A stretch of 61,433 bases of DNA, filler included, from Dimargaris cristalligena (Eukaryota): NCBI GenBank assembly GCA_003614675.1. It is 2 parts of 2 records of this genome, joined end to end, with 100 filler letters (N's around TTAATTAATTAA, not from the genome) between each part and the next. Parts side by side here need not be neighbours in the genome. Positions count along the whole stretch, not along the records: positions 1 to 30,720 come from ML002452.1; 1 more part is not named here. The stretch is one strand, 5' to 3'. This document shows, one piece after another, positions 13,612-30,820 of the stretch (positions are counted from its first letter, which is position 1; the number at the start of each line of letters is the position of its first letter). The notes beneath the pieces are model-generated. The model was not told the origin of the DNA. It saw only the letters and a list, made by a program, of their open reading frames with translations, and did no database searches. The translations under genes were made by a program, and so were the position numbers.

Positions 13612-14880
13612 ATGAAGCGTATGCCCGCCCTCCAAGCGCTCCGGTTCCCCGGCCGTCTCCCTAATCCCCGGGCTGCCGTGCCGAGCTCACTGGCCCGTCT
13701 TGCCACTAGCTCCCATAGTATCCCTGTCGAGTCGCCGGTTGATACGCGTCCCTCCCCGGCCGCCGCGGCCCTTGGCCAACGGACTCGCATTCCCCCCCTA
13801 CCCACCCAGCAGCCGCCTTCCAACGAGCCCCAGCCCCTCGAATTTCTGAATGTATCCCCGACCCTTTACCAACTGCGTCTCGGTCTATGGCAGTTCCGCC
13901 GCGACGACGTTTGGACCATTTACCAGCGCCTGGTAGCCCAGGACCAATTGTGCTACTTGAGCGCCCGGGACCATTTCAATATCTTGCACTCCATCACGCT
14001 CAAGGGTTACCTGTGGTTCAACGACAGTACGGCCAAGCACGAAATGTCCAAAATCATGTACGTCTGGAACCAGATTCAGGCCTGCGGACTCACCCCCACC
14101 GTGCGGGAGTACAACCACATGCTCGAGTTTCTGGCCCGGGCCCAGGATATTCGCCGCCTGGAGGCCGTGTTCCAACAGATGAAGACGGCCGGGGTTACCC
14201 CCAACTTTTTCTCCTATAACATGGTCATGTACGGCTACGCCAAGGCCGGCGAAGCCTCCCAGACCCTGGGCATTTTGGAATCCATTCGGGCCAAATTTGA
14301 TATTCGTTCGGGCTTCACCCGCTCGGCCCTGATCGAGCTCTATGGTGCCCTGGGCCAATCCAACGAGGCTCTGGCCATTTACCACGAGACCAAGGTCGAG
14401 CAAGGCGGGTCGGGCGGATGGCAGCACGGTCACAATATCCACTCGCGCAACGCCCTATTGCGGGCCCTGGGCAGAAGCCGCCGCCTGGAAACTATGCACC
14501 AGATTTTCGTGGAAGCCTGGCGCAACCATGGTATCATGGGTCTCGACCAGACTTCCTTTGAGATTATGATCCAATGGCACTCCACCCATAACGCCCTGGA
14601 GACCGCCCAGAATTACTTTGAATTGATGCAGGCGCCCCCCTTCAACTTTAAACCCACCGCCCGGACCTTCAAGTACCTGCTACCCCCCGCGGTGTGCGCC
14701 GGCGACCCGGTGTTCGCCGTCAAACACTTCCGGACCATGACCGACAAATTCCAAATTCCGCCCCTGGGCTACATGCTGCGGCATATGGTGGATTACTACG
14801 AACAAGAGGTTCTGGCGGAATCTAAACAAAACGATAGCGAAGTGGAGCGGGCTTACACTACTGTTGAGCCAGCAGTATAG
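13612..14880 (+). CDS. Pentatricopeptide-repeat (PPR) protein, probably mitochondrial; ~422 aa
   Basis: 35-aa repeats such as TVREYNHMLEFLARAQDIRRLEAVFQQMKTAGVTP and NFFSYNMVMYGYAKAGEASQTLGILESIRAKFDIR; first ATG at 13612 gives an Arg-rich presequence (MKRMPALQALRFPGRLP). Confidence 0.85.
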   Translation: MKRMPALQALRFPGRLPNPRAAVPSSLARLATSSHSIPVESPVDTRPSPAAAALGQRTRIPPLPTQQPPSNEPQPLEFLNVSPTLYQLRLGLWQFRRDDVWTIYQRLVAQDQLCYLSARDHFNILHSITLKGYLWFNDSTAKHEMSKIMYVWNQIQACGLTPTVREYNHMLEFLARAQDIRRLEAVFQQMKTAGVTPNFFSYNMVMYGYAKAGEASQTLGILESIRAKFDIRSGFTRSALIELYGALGQSNEALAIYHETKVEQGGSGGWQHGHNIHSRNALLRALGRSRRLETMHQIFVEAWRNHGIMGLDQTSFEIMIQWHSTHNALETAQNYFELMQAPPFNFKPTARTFKYLLPPAVCAGDPVFAVKHFRTMTDKFQIPPLGYMLRHMVDYYEQEVLAESKQNDSEVERAYTTVEPAV

Positions 14881-16468
14881 TGTGCCCTAATATAGACCAT
14901 CCATTTTTTGTTTTCATTTTTGTTTTTCCAATCTGTAGCCTTCCACCCTGTACCAGCCCTCCTTATTTATTTACCCGTCTATCCAATGCACCATGTAAAA
15001 CCGCCATCAAGAATAAACCCCAACCGAATTTTCCACTCCCATCCCTAATATTTACTTTCCTTCTTTGTGGATAAGCCAGGTAAATCCAATGTAATTCAGC
15101 GGTGTTAAAACCAATGTTGGTAGAATGTGTATTTATATTAGGGCGTTTTTGTGATACATATATAGCGTTTTAGGCTGTGAGGGAACGGGGTCAAATGTAA
15201 GGGCTCGGGGGGGAATATGGATATGGAGGGAGGGCGTTAGCGTTTCCTACCAATGGAAATATTGGGAATATGGTAGGGGGGATGGTCGAAGATTAAGGAT
15301 TGTTCCTAACTAATTCACAGCAGATACTCTTAAAGGACGTCGGGTTATGATTGTCTGATTTATTCATAGAATGGGGAATCTGTTGTTATTTATACTACGA
15401 CAGTAAGTTCAAGAATTGTTACTCGATTGTAATAGTGGCGACGATGGCTGAAGATTTGTCATTGATCATTTGGGTACGATTTGTCTTTGCGAAATGGGTC
15501 ATTAAGATACACTATCGCAGCCGAGGGCGTCGTTTGTGTGTGAACTGGGTCGGAGTGAGGACGGATATGGACTGATATTTAACTAGTGTAGATACATGTT
15601 TGATTAAACGATAAAGGACATAACGACGGACAAATACGGCCTTGCTGTATAGGCGAAGCGTGCCGAGCAACCTTCGCCAAATTGGCGTCCAAATTAACAT
15701 CTGTGGCCTGATTGAACCAAATTCTATTTTTAATCATCAATTTTATTTCCGATGATTTGACAACCACCATATTCGGGGAGTGTAAGGTTACTCAGGTTCA
15801 TTAAGTGGCCACCGTTGGAAATGGTTGGCATTACTGGACGGTGACGCACACCAGATCCGATGGGGAAGTGAAGCCACAGTATTTATGGCGTAGGTATTAG
15901 CACCAAAAGGGACTCCATAGTCAACAAAATGATATTTATAAAGGAATTGACTGGAACCATGTGTAAACTGGACACGAGAATACCTCAATAGGGTAACTTG
16001 AAATCACAGGTTAGGTATGGAATATAAAAGAACCAGGGAAAACACGCTAATATGAATAATGAACCGAGGAAAATTGAAATGAAATCATTATATACGGGTA
16101 CAAGTGGGCGTTGGTAAAGCCTAGAGGATTTTTCCTAAATTTATCCACTAGGCAAGGGGAGAAGAATAACCTATTGATTATTGGGGAGGGGACATGCGTC
16201 CACCTAAAATGGATGTTGGGCGAATCTTCCTGATCCGCTTCCCATACTGACAATTGGCTAGCTCAGAGCCTTTCAAACCAATTAAAATCAGCGCCAAATT
16301 AACCTAGTGGGGTTTAAAAATTCGACAATTATTGAAGAGCAACAGTTACACAGACGAGTTCGCAAGGGATCATAAAAACTATTAGGGGTGGGTGGGGGTG
16401 CGCGCTAGCGTATAGCCCACCGTATAGGACATTGGACATACGCATCCCCGAGAAATATACCACTATCA

Positions 16469-19414
16469 TCATTGGGGAGGGTATTCACGGCGGTAATGGT
16501 GACCGCCCTCGGGACCGGAACGAGGAATACCCGAGCCAGGAGGCATGCCGGACGACGATGGCGGGGGTTGGTTCAGATGCTTTTGTTCACCCATGCTCAT
16601 TAAAGATTCAACTACGTTGGTGTAATCTTCATCCATGGCCCGGCCGTTGTGGTGAGCCGCAGAAGGTGGGCGGCCCGGGGGAGGGGGGTGAGGCGATGGG
16701 TAGTGTGGAGGCGGAGGTCCACCTGCACCCGAGTTAGGGCCGGGACCGGGTCCATTGGGCGGATAGTAGGCCCGGGCCCGCTCGTCATGACCGTAGTAAG
16801 TACCTGGTCCGGGCTCGTTATTATCAACCTCTCTCCGAGTTAACGAGGACGAGTGCGGTGGCGGTTGATGATGGGGGTGTCGCCCGCCCTAGATAAAAGT
16901 GAAGCATACAAACGCAGCCAAGTGCAAAAATAAATATAGACAAAACAAGTGTTAGTCAAAGAATCGGGCATACATGCAATAGAATCGACATTAGGCGCCA
17001 TTTACGGAGATTCACATAGGAAACTCAATCGCAATTGAGATCGAGGCTATTTCGAAATAATCAAAATTGAGCAAAATCCGGCTATTCAAGAGAAGTATAT
17101 ATATAGTCCATATCTAGTAACTTCAATAACGCAGTGCGAGATGAAGGGGGCGCGTATTCGAAACATTACCATTCGATGACTCATGTCGGGATTTTCTTCG
17201 GGGTAGCCATGATGGTGAGAGGGACCGCTGGGGTTCCCGGCGTGGTGAGGGCGCGGGGGTTCACCACCCATGTAACCGGCCGGAGGTTCATGGGGACCGC
17301 GCATAGGAGCGGGGCCACCCCGGCGGTCCGCATAAGCGGAGGAATGAGGCGGGGGAGCACCACTCGCACCGTACGGGTGGTGGTGGCCGTGGGGGTCGTG
17401 GTATCCGACCGACTGCGGTGGCGCCTGGGCCGAGTTAATCCGCGGAGACATGCCATTGCGATCATTAGGCGGAAGGTGATGCGGCGCACGGCGGTCATGC
17501 GGGTGACCCGGAGGGAAGCCGTCTGTTGTAGGGGAGTGCATGGGGCGCATGGCGTTGGGGGCACTACTCACGCTACCCCGTTGGCTCGGGTGGTAACCAG
17601 GAGGAGGAGGGGGAGGTTGCGAGGACGGTGGAGCCGAATGGCCATGGTGGCCCTGCGGTGGAGGCGGGTAACTCGGATGATGGGAGACAGCGCCGTAACC
17701 GGAGCTCCCGGAGTGCGGGGGCATGGGGGCATGCGGATGGGGTGGAGTCATATGAGCGGGTGGGTAGCCCGTGGAGGGGTGCGACCGGGGAGGTGCGCCC
17801 GTGTTATCCACTGGAGGGCCGTTGGGAACCGGCCCTATCGGATGGCCGGGGGGAGGGCCATACGGGGATGGTGGGGGATGCGGGCCCCGAACAGCCACTG
17901 GTGGTGGCTGGCTTGGATGGCCGTAGTGCGGAGGTGCCACACCAGGGGCCATGGGCGCCGCCTTAGGTGTAGCACTGGGACCACCATTGATCGGAGGGGC
18001 AACAGAAGCGACCGCGTGGAGGGGAGGGGCCGATCCGGCGGGGCCAGCGGCGGGCGGTGCGTTTGCCGGCTCCGGTTGATTGATGGTGGGTGGGGCTGGC
18101 TGGTTGTGGGTCACGGCGGGATCAAGTGGAGCGGGGGGGGTTGGACAAATGGGAGAAATTACCCGTGTTTTGGGCATGCTGGAGCACCGCCAGTCGCTGT
18201 TTCACAACCTGATTGTTGGGATCCACCTCCAAAGCGCGGCCATAAGCGTTGACGGCGTCTTCGATCTGGTTGTTACAGTGCTCGTACAGGGTGCCCAAAT
18301 TGTGCCACACTTCCTTCATCTGGGAATCGAAGCGGAGGGCCCGACTGTAGGCATCCAGGGCGTCTCGGTACTGGGCAATGCGGAAATACAGCACGCCGAT
18401 GGAGCACCAAAACTGGGCGTTGTTGCTGTCACGGTACACGGCCTGCTGGTAACTGTCGTAAGCCTCGGTGTGCTGGTTGGACGTCATGTAGCAGCGGCCC
18501 AATAGGTACCAGGACTGGGCGTCGGCCTCGTTGGCGGAGATGGACCGGGTTAACAGGCTAACCGCATTCTCCATGTTGTAAAAGTTCACGGTGGGCTGGG
18601 AGTAGAGCCAACCCAGCTGCTGCAAGACCTTGGCGTGTTTGGGGTTGGTGGTCAGCACCTTTTCAAAGGCCTCTTTAGCCTGGATGGGATCGAGCAGGAG
18701 CTCGTGTAAATGACCGATTTGGAACAAAATATCGCTCTCGGTTAGCGGACTGGGAGGATTATTGAGGATATAACGGAAGTAAGACAGGCTGGACTCGTAC
18801 TTGCGCTGGGATTTGTGGATCAGGCCCAGTCGGAAATAAATCTCGTTGGACTTTTCAAAGTGGGGGTCGATTTTCATTACAGCGGAAAAGGCTTCCTCCG
18901 CATGCTCGTACGAGCCAAAACGGTCGTACAGGATACCGATCCCGTACCAGAGCTTGGGTTCCTTCGCGTTGGGCAAATGGTAAAGCGCCTGCTGATAGGC
19001 CGAATAGGCCCGGGCTAGCTTGTCGGTCATTAAGTAGCAGTGACCGAGGGCCCCCCAGACCTCACCGTTGATGGGCTCAACGCCAAGCACCTGCTGAAAG
19101 TACTCGGCGGCTTTTTCGAATTCGTCACGGGCACGGTGTATGGCGGCAATTTTGGTGAGAGCGGGAACAGAGTACGGATTGTGTTTCAAGGCGGACTCGT
19201 AGGCTTTAATCGCGCGTTCTTTGTCGTCCATCTGCTCCGAGATGGTTCCGATTTGGACCCAGATCTGCTCGCGCATCTGAACATCTTTCTGTATGGGGGA
19301 TGCAGGTACTTTGGCAGGGACCGGCGCGGAGTGATTAAAGTTGGATGCGGGAAGCCCGTTGGGCAGAGGCAGTCCAGGGGAGCGGACCGGCTGGCCGAGA
19401 ACTGGTGTAGCCAT
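16469..19414 (-). CDS. CYC8: General transcriptional co-repressor Cyc8/Ssn6: TPR domain plus Pro/His-rich tail; frame break near 18135
   Basis: TPR motifs WGALGHCYLM, EPKLWYGIGILYDRFGS, NEIYFRLGLIHK, DAQSWYLLGRCYM, YQQAVYRD and FWCSIGVLYF. The tail continues in another frame to 17170; intron 17169-16889 (GTAATG...TTGACTAAC...TAG); last exon 16888-16469 contains MDEDYTNVVESLMSM, resembling the C-terminal DEDY motif I recall from fungal Cyc8. An extra upstream exon is possible (CAG at 19422-19420). Confidence 0.88.
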
Positions 19415-22400
19415 CGGCACTGACGACGTTATGAATCAAGGGCAGGGGAAGGGAATAGGAAGACAGATGGGAAGTGTTGAGGGAATTAAAACAGCCTGGT
19501 GGTTTTGAGTAAAGGAAAGTATGGGGACCAGATAAGGGTATGCAGTTTTGAATGGGGGAGCTTGAAGAGAACTACGACTGGCTCCAATATCGAATAGTGG
19601 GTAGAGTGGGATTAAACAGTCGGCCTATTCGGGAAGATTGCTAAAGACGCGGGCAGTTGAGTGTATGACTGTACAGAGGGAGGCTAGGAAGGACAGACAG
19701 GGCCAGATCGGGTCAGGCAAACCAAAGAAAGTTAATAACTAAAGCACCTACGGCCGTATTAGGGAAATGGGGAAGGCTGCGGATGCTGGGAGAGAGAAAA
19801 AGACGAGACACACACGCGTTAAGATTTCCCAAAGTGGTTGCGTAAGGAAAAGAGAGCAAGGCTGGGTGCGGGAGTAGAGCCGAGGATGAGTAAGAAGCAA
19901 AGGATGAAAAAGAAGAGAGGGGATTGGAGGATGGGAAAGTGAATGGGGGGCAAACGTCAGTTGTCTGACTACTCTAAGTGTTGACGACACAATAGCGAAG
20001 CAAAGGTATAATAAGGAGGAGATAAAATATAAGGGTTAGTAGTATATTGAAATAAGGTAAGTAAGGAGCAACCCGAAGAATAAGGGGAAGAAGGAAGAAC
20101 AAAAAGGGCCGGGAGGCAGGGGTGGGGACGAGACGCGTGGTATTTATAAACGGATTATAGACTTACTCTGGCAGGGAGATCGGACCCAAGCAGAAAAAAA
20201 ATGAAATAGGGTTGGGTGTGAGCCCACCACCACACCACTATCAATGGCAGCACACACTCAGCAACCACGCTTGGGCATAGTGTGCGCCGGTCTATTGTAA
20301 GAAGTGTCCGTGTGTGTGGCCCGGTTGTCTATATACATCACCCACCCAGGTTATAATATAATACCCTCCGGACGGCGGTGGTTTATTTGGGGAAGTATCA
20401 CAAGGGGCGCGTTACATCGCCACCAGTAGTGCCAGATCCCTGATGGGTGAAGCGAGTGAGTGTGGGAGGAGAAGGGGCAATGTTGATGGGATGATTTGAC
20501 TATATTCTGTATAGTCTGGACCTAATCAGGGAACTCCTCTCCCCCCTCGTACAAACTACGGACGGACATCCTTTGAGCCATACATAAGCCACACTCGCCA
20601 TATGCGGTAACCCAGCTAGTGCGACGAATATATAGGCAGCCACTACGACCAACACGCATGAATAACGAATGAAGTGGCCATGTCCAAATAACCATGCCGT
20701 CACTATATATAACTCATGCATATATATACACACCCTCGTTAAACATACCCAAATACGACTACTATAGGGCTCCGCGCGGGGGAGGGGGGGTTTGTTCGGC
20801 CATTATTCCCCCCCCCACCTTCGCTGATGTCGCCGGGGTCACTAGCCAAGGCCTCCTCCATCGTGCCGTCCAGCGACACTGACAAAGCCAAACCAAAGGC
20901 CACCTTGGTAGGTAGAGGATCTGTCTCTGAACGCGGATGGCCGTCGTGTGTAAATCAGGGGCAACCGCCGCTCCTTACCATAGTGTTAGCATCGTCGCAT
21001 CGCTGGTTAAAAATGATGCTAAGAAGTAATTTAGAAGCAGTGTAGAAAGAGATGCAAGAGCAACTTGGCCTTGCCTTGATGTCCAGCCGTTTCGGCCTAG
21101 TTATATACTGCATACAAACACGCCGTCTGGCATTAGGCGGTCTCTGTGCATGCCATATATGCACCAGGTAGCAACCTCCTCCCCTCCCTCTCTACTCGCT
21201 GTTGGGTTTGCCACATGCACCCGCTTTTCATCCATCTTACCCCCTCCGCCGCTATGCGCGCATTCATTTTAACGGTACACCGTGCGCTTCGTTCAGAAAT
21301 ATGTCTACTCTGACTCTCTGGTATGTCGGTCTTCCCCGAGTTCATTTTAGCGCGGCATTCCCCTGCGACCATCTCTTTACTGATTAGTCTTTCCGGTCCG
21401 CTACACCACCGACTCCTCCAGAGACCGTCCAATTGGACCTTCTTCGTTCATTCCCCTCCAACCGCCATCACCCGAGGTTTGAGGACATATTCCATGCAGG
21501 GGAGTCGGTGATGGTGTTTCCGAGAAGCCAACGAGGCTATCTTGTAGTTCAACACCAACGGGACACTACTATGTGAACAAGGTGACGACGATCCTCAACC
21601 ATCAATCACACCACGGATCCTCCCCCCCAAAAAACAAATTAATTTCCGGCGAGTCATGGCGATACACACCACTTGGCATAACTCAAGGGATGGCTGCGAC
21701 CTGGCCTAGTATCTCGAAACCACCGCCCAATAGCTGTAGATGGGCCGAGTTTGGAGTGAAGATGGCATCCTTTCCTTTCAAATCCTACCCCGAATCCTCC
21801 CAATTCTAATATACTACTTTGTTCATCAGGGTATTTTTCCCGCAGCCTAAGTCTATCTAATTGGTCATTTGACGTGCCACTGTCCATGACGGGTAGTCGC
21901 GGCCTTGCGTGTCTAATCACACTCATCCGCTCGGCCCGTCGATTGGCTCAAGAGGCACTGGCCAATCTATGTAAACCCAAGCCAAATCAAACCAAGATAA
22001 ATCCCCCTCCCCCCATAAATACAGACTGCACATACACATGGGAGAAGTTCATCCAAGCCGTATAACGAAAAATCCATTAGATTCGGCCAATATTATAGTT
22101 AAAAATACATTTCCCATATATTTTCCCATACACGTATAATGTAAACCCTTATATAGCTGGGCCGAATTTCACCCACATCCAGCCCAGCTCCATGACCCAA
22201 AAATTAAGTTGATCAACCGGTCCCCTCTAAATCTGGGTTAAAAATAGATATGATTAAAAAGTATTCATTAATACTAACATATACTTGAAAATATGATTAG
22301 AATCGCCAAAGCCCCAAATAAATGCGAGGGGCATCTGAAATAATTGATAGTATATCGGCCCGCTACGAGAGGCTCGCGGTTATCAACCGGTGCCTAGGAA

Positions 22401-22478
22401 TTGCGAGCCTAACCGAGGGACGCCGACGGCATAGGCAAACGTCGTTGTATTTACATGGCAATCCTTCCCTTCGAGTAC

Positions 22479-25842
<3,364 letters not shown>

Positions 25843-27892
25843 GGTAAGAGCAGGTCGAGTCAAGGAGGAAGAATAGCAATGGTGGTGGTGGTATAACAAG
25901 GAGTCAATGGAGTTCCGAGGCAGAGTAAGGAGAACCAGCGAGGGAGGTGTTTGTATATTTATTATTGGGGAAGGTAATGTGGACCAAAAGAAGTTCAATA
26001 GAGGCTGGCGTGGTGGTACTAGTACTTAATAGGGGGAGGATAGTAGGAGAGACGTGGAAGGTGTGGGGGCTTTTATAAATGATATTAGAGCTCACATGCA
26101 ATAACTGTTGGCGTCCCAATGACGACAGTTCCCCCAAACCTCTGATATCCAGCGGTGCCTTTTCCCTTATTAATGAAGATAGTACCCACTCCTTGTCCCT
26201 TCTTTGGATAATGCCGTCGTAATTTGCCCACATTTTAATTTGCTACCATCGCCTGATTTTCCAGGAGAGCGTTGGCTCGGCCAGGCACCGCGCCTGGTAA
26301 TTGGTGGCTTTGCAAATGGGCCCATTTACCGTCCACCTTGCCCCAGCCTAAGGCAGGAAGGGTCCAGTAAAGGAATGTGAGGGACACTGCAGGCCGCTCT
26401 AACCCCCCTGTTTGTTTAGATATACGCCCCCCCTCCGAAGTCTTCCCAACTAGCCAATGCAAGCCTGGTGAATGATTTAATATATCGGACGTGGTCAAAG
26501 CGACTAACATAAATATATACCTCGGGCCTTTAGTCACCCTCCCAGTTATCTTTTTCTATACAAACACGTGGGTGTGGGGAGGAGCGGGTTGTATAATTCC
26601 ATATGGGGTTATATCATCTTCCTTGCCAAGCACCAAACAATAAATTAAGGAGTCCACACACACCTGACTATGTTTCGTATTAGTAGAGTTGGTCAATAGA
26701 TGATACACATTACTTCCTCTGGTTGATTTAGTGTATCGGTCACTTTTGCTTGCTGATATAATAGGGCTAGTAGGGCCAAAGCCATTGTATTTCAATCTCA
26801 ACTTGTCTATTCAAACTACGTACTTCCTTCTACCAAACTATTAATTATATACTTCAAGAAGTTTACACGCCGTGCTGTCCGACATAGTAGGATTAATTAC
26901 CAGTCCTCGCCAGCAATAACTCTAATAATACCTATACCAAGTACCATTTTGCCGCAATAACCAGCCTGATATCTATTTGGATCAGCAATTAAAGAAATTA
27001 TATCACAGAGCTTTTAAAAATAATCGCCTACAATTTGATTAAAGGTGTACTGTGTATTAGTTTTTTTACCATTTGCCTCGAAATGTTTTTAATTTGCAAA
27101 CTAATAGGCCATATACGACAACAAAGACCACTCCGGACAATGAGGAAGTTCCCTTCTGATGGATGTCTGATATATAAATGTGTCCTATGATTTAGTTTCC
27201 ATTTCTTCTGGGTGTACTCTTTACGTATCCTAAATGCTGTTCCTCCTGTGCCACCATTGGTGAACAATGCATTCGAGTCCATCTTCTCCAAACCGGCGAG
27301 CATCCCCGTTCCGAATAACCGGGGACCAGCCGCACCGACACCAGGCCTACCACGGCGGAGCCCAGAGTCTCCAACATTACATGTTTATAGCTTAGAGAGT
27401 CGATATTGACCATCATCCATTACTTTGCATTTCATTCTCTAGTTCTCTATTTTCACAGCCAAGATTCTACCGCACCAACTATACCCACATATTAGTACAG
27501 TGTCACAGGAAGCAAGAGAAGGAGAATGCCTCCAGTATTCCACTATATAAAGCTTGTAGGTAAGTAGGTGGACCAGCCCCGCTGAGTAGAGAGGGGGGCT
27601 ATTGAAAAGCCCACCAGTTACAGTATTGGGTTAGGAGGCCCTTCCAATCCAACGCCACTTCAGATATTCCTCCCACTTTCTGTCGCTGCGAAGGGTTTTG
27701 CTCATTTCCCCTTTCCTTGTATTTTTGGAAACCGAATTATTTTATGCACCAATCTACTTGATGTGTCTACCGGGACATGGCCACTCTTTCCCAACCTTCT
27801 TCCCAGTCCTTTCCATATTTCCATTTACCTGCTTGACCTGAAAACCCCGATTCGGCTCCACTCCCATCCCCAACAAACTGCAATTACTCACC

Positions 27893-29462
27893 ATGGTTCA
27901 TTCGCCAGCCCCACTTGAGAATGCCGAAAAGGCCATCGCTCAGCTCGTTTCCCTTGTCGACCAAATCAATAGCAACACAGCACAAACACCGACCGCAGCG
28001 GGATCCCGGGTAAGCTACTAGTCGGTAGTTTTCTGGGCTCTGCATTGCCAATTCACTCCAACAGACCGAATGCATAGCCCTACATCCTCATTATAGCGAT
28101 GCTTCGGTCATTAGCTTAACCCACCGGCGTTATCTACACGGGGTACTCCATAGCTGATAATGCCCCCAAAATTGAAGACCAAATAGCACCACCCCTTTCT
28201 AACTACTATACCCATAACCCGAATTTTCATTACAATTCTTACACTTTGGCACTCGCAGGAACACTGGGCCTCTATTCAACCGTTGGTGTACGAGGCCAGT
28301 GTGCTGTTTGCCGACTTAAGGGCATCGAACCGCCAACTCAATGAGCACCAGCACACCCTGAAAGCCGAAACGAACATAGCACGTCAAAAAATGGATGAGC
28401 TAGGTCTCGATCTTCAGAAACTGGCCTACGAAAAGGCCCATTTGCAGCAGGAGATCGACTCCATTAAGAATGTGAAGTAAGTATCCGAGGGACTGGGGGA
28501 AGATAACATTGTACGAGACCCACCAGTCAATACCTTTTATATGTTGCCTGAATGACACACTGGTGGTCCTACACATAGTCCGGCTGTAAACTATCCACCG
28601 AGTGCCCCCAATTTAAAGTCGAAAGATTTAGACCAAATCATTAATTCTCCTAACCAATATGTAATTATACGGTCCCGCTCCTAACTCCCTAGACCATTCT
28701 ATACCGAGCTGGGCCTGCAGCCGATTGAGAATTTCCGGGCCTATGTCGAATCCCGCCAGCAAGACTCCGCAGCCACAACCGATGATGAAATTATCCAGCG
28801 TCTAGAATTCGAGAAACTGGAACGGCAGAGGTAAAGCCGCCAAGCCTCGGCATGCAATCTCTATGCACCAAGCTGAATAGTATAATCCATTATGTTTGTT
28901 CATCATCTGAGTGTTTCCATTTATCCACGCATTGCGAGCAGATGGTATTCTGGATTTGCCCTAAGCATCTGTATTCGCGTACTATTTTACTGACATGTAT
29001 ATGGGCTCTTAACATCCAAATATCTTCACCTGTGTAGATTGGAAAAGCGGAAACTCGAACTTTTGGAACAGCAGGCTCTCCTACGACGGGAAAATCTGCG
29101 ACACCGGAGCTCCGTTGACACGCTTAGCAAGCAGATTGCAAAATTTACTTCGGTAAGCTCCCTTTGGCCTATGGCATCCCCATCTTCCGTTTACTCGTTT
29201 ATTACCACAATGCGAACTCTGACTACCCGTCACAGTGGACTCCATGGCAAAATCTGTTGGTATAGGGTTTTCGTCGAAATATAGAAAACCACCTGGGATA
29301 TATGAGGTTTGGATCTGTACCATTTGCAACTCACCTACATGTTTTTGTACCATTCTTGATTCTCTATCATGTCCCTAGGGTGCCGCGCCGCTCAAGAATA
29401 TATTTTCCGGCCTGGAGTATTCCACAGGCCGCCCGACGGAAAACAGCGGCCTATTCAATTAA
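27893..29462 (+). CDS. THOC5: THO complex subunit 5 (Thoc5/FMIP family), short fungal form; 5 exons, ~223 aa
   Basis: Exons 27893-28009, 28259-28476, 28693-28830, 29038-29152 and 29379-29462 splice in frame with GT-AG introns. Product contains LRASNR...KAETNIARQKMDELGLDLQKLAYEKAHLQQEI and RLEFEKLERQRL, matching Thoc5 coiled-coil motifs as I recall them. Confidence 0.8.
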
Positions 29463-30720
29463 CCGAGTCCGTGTTAGATGCAGAATTGGCTTACAACGGA
29501 CTCTGAATGCCAAATCATTTGCTCTGCCGAACTACACCATTGTTTACCAAAACTATACACCTGAATAGAAAAACGACTTGGAGAGCATTTACAATACTGT
29601 ATAATAAAATCTGCCCGGGTAGCTCCTATCTGATTGTCATCGGTGTTTTTGGAGCGATGGGCAATGGAGCCTACTTGTGAATTTTCAGAGGAAGCTGATA
29701 GGCAGAAGGTATGTGTTTAGTGCTATCTATGGAGTAATCAATTGTATCAATCCTAATCTAAATGGCCAAGTGCGCCGCCATCATCGTCGTCGCCTGTATT
29801 ACCGATGCTGAGGATTGCAGTTGAACCTATACCATCGGTATTCCAAACCGAGGTTCTATGTCAAAGCGGTAAGGATAAGACAGCATGTTTGAAAATGGTT
29901 TTGTAACGTTAGGCCACTACCATTTAGGCATTTTTCTGGCCCGGTTCATAAATTTAGTACGATTATCGCAGCCAATCGGGAGGGAGGTGCATCCCACAAC
30001 TTGGCTATAATTGTATAGTAGGACAGGGACTAGCCCCCACCTTATCCTAATGTACTATAAATACGGCAGTTTACTCTGTCCCCCTAAATGGTATCCTAAA
30101 CGGTCTTCAAATTGCCAGCTAGCCAGAGGTTTGATTGTCTGGGCCATCTTTCGGGGTAGCCTGGACCATTCGCCCGCCTCACGGCGGTCGCTGAATAGGT
30201 CTAAATCTATATCGCCCTGTTGGTGCCTAACCTGACCGTATAGTATAACTGCCTCAATTCACGAATTGTGGCCCTGGTGAAGGGAGAGTCGATTTAACTT
30301 ATCGCTCGATCCTCCGCTATCACGTAGGTGACATGACTTTGAATTACAAAATATAATTGAATACGATAGATCAGATGTAGTGCAATAGGATATACGCCAC
30401 TTAGTCGAATAACGCCTGTGAAGACTGTTACATTTTATTTCCTTAACTAATAGCAATTTAAAGGCGTCTTGAGTCTGCTGAAGCGGATTAACAGACCCTA
30501 ATATCTGCCCAACATTTCGAACTGATTTCCTTTTTAATGAAAGCTGTTGGGCCGGTGATTTGAGGAACCCCTCTCCCAGGACTAAGGCTGGGGCTGAGCC
30601 CCGCGCTATGCTCGGGATTGGATGGGTCACCGGACGTCGGGTTTGGAGGGCTCGAGGAACCTAGGTGGAACATACCGAATTCGGGCAGCGGTCCTTCGGC
30701 GATACGGATGGGATCGCTGA

Positions 30721-30820
30721 NNNNNNNNNNNNNNNNNNNNNNNNNNNNNNNNNNNNNNNNNNNNTTAATTAATTAANNNNNNNNNNNNNNNNNNNNNNNN
30801 NNNNNNNNNNNNNNNNNNNN
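30721..30820. other. Assembly gap / artificial contig linker N44-TTAATTAATTAA-N44
   Basis: Symmetric 100-bp spacer whose palindromic core puts stop codons in all six frames; not biological sequence. Confidence 0.95.

Noticed and set aside
20500-22100. Short ORFs between CYC8 and ECT1 (also 15350-16250, 27028-27416 and 49860-51900)
   Set aside because: All are under 100 aa, overlap in conflicting frames, and have no recognisable domain or consistent splice model; decayed genes cannot be excluded without searches.
30765-30776. Palindrome TTAATTAATTAA as a regulatory or recombination site
   Set aside because: Centred between two equal N44 blocks; an artificial six-frame-stop spacer.
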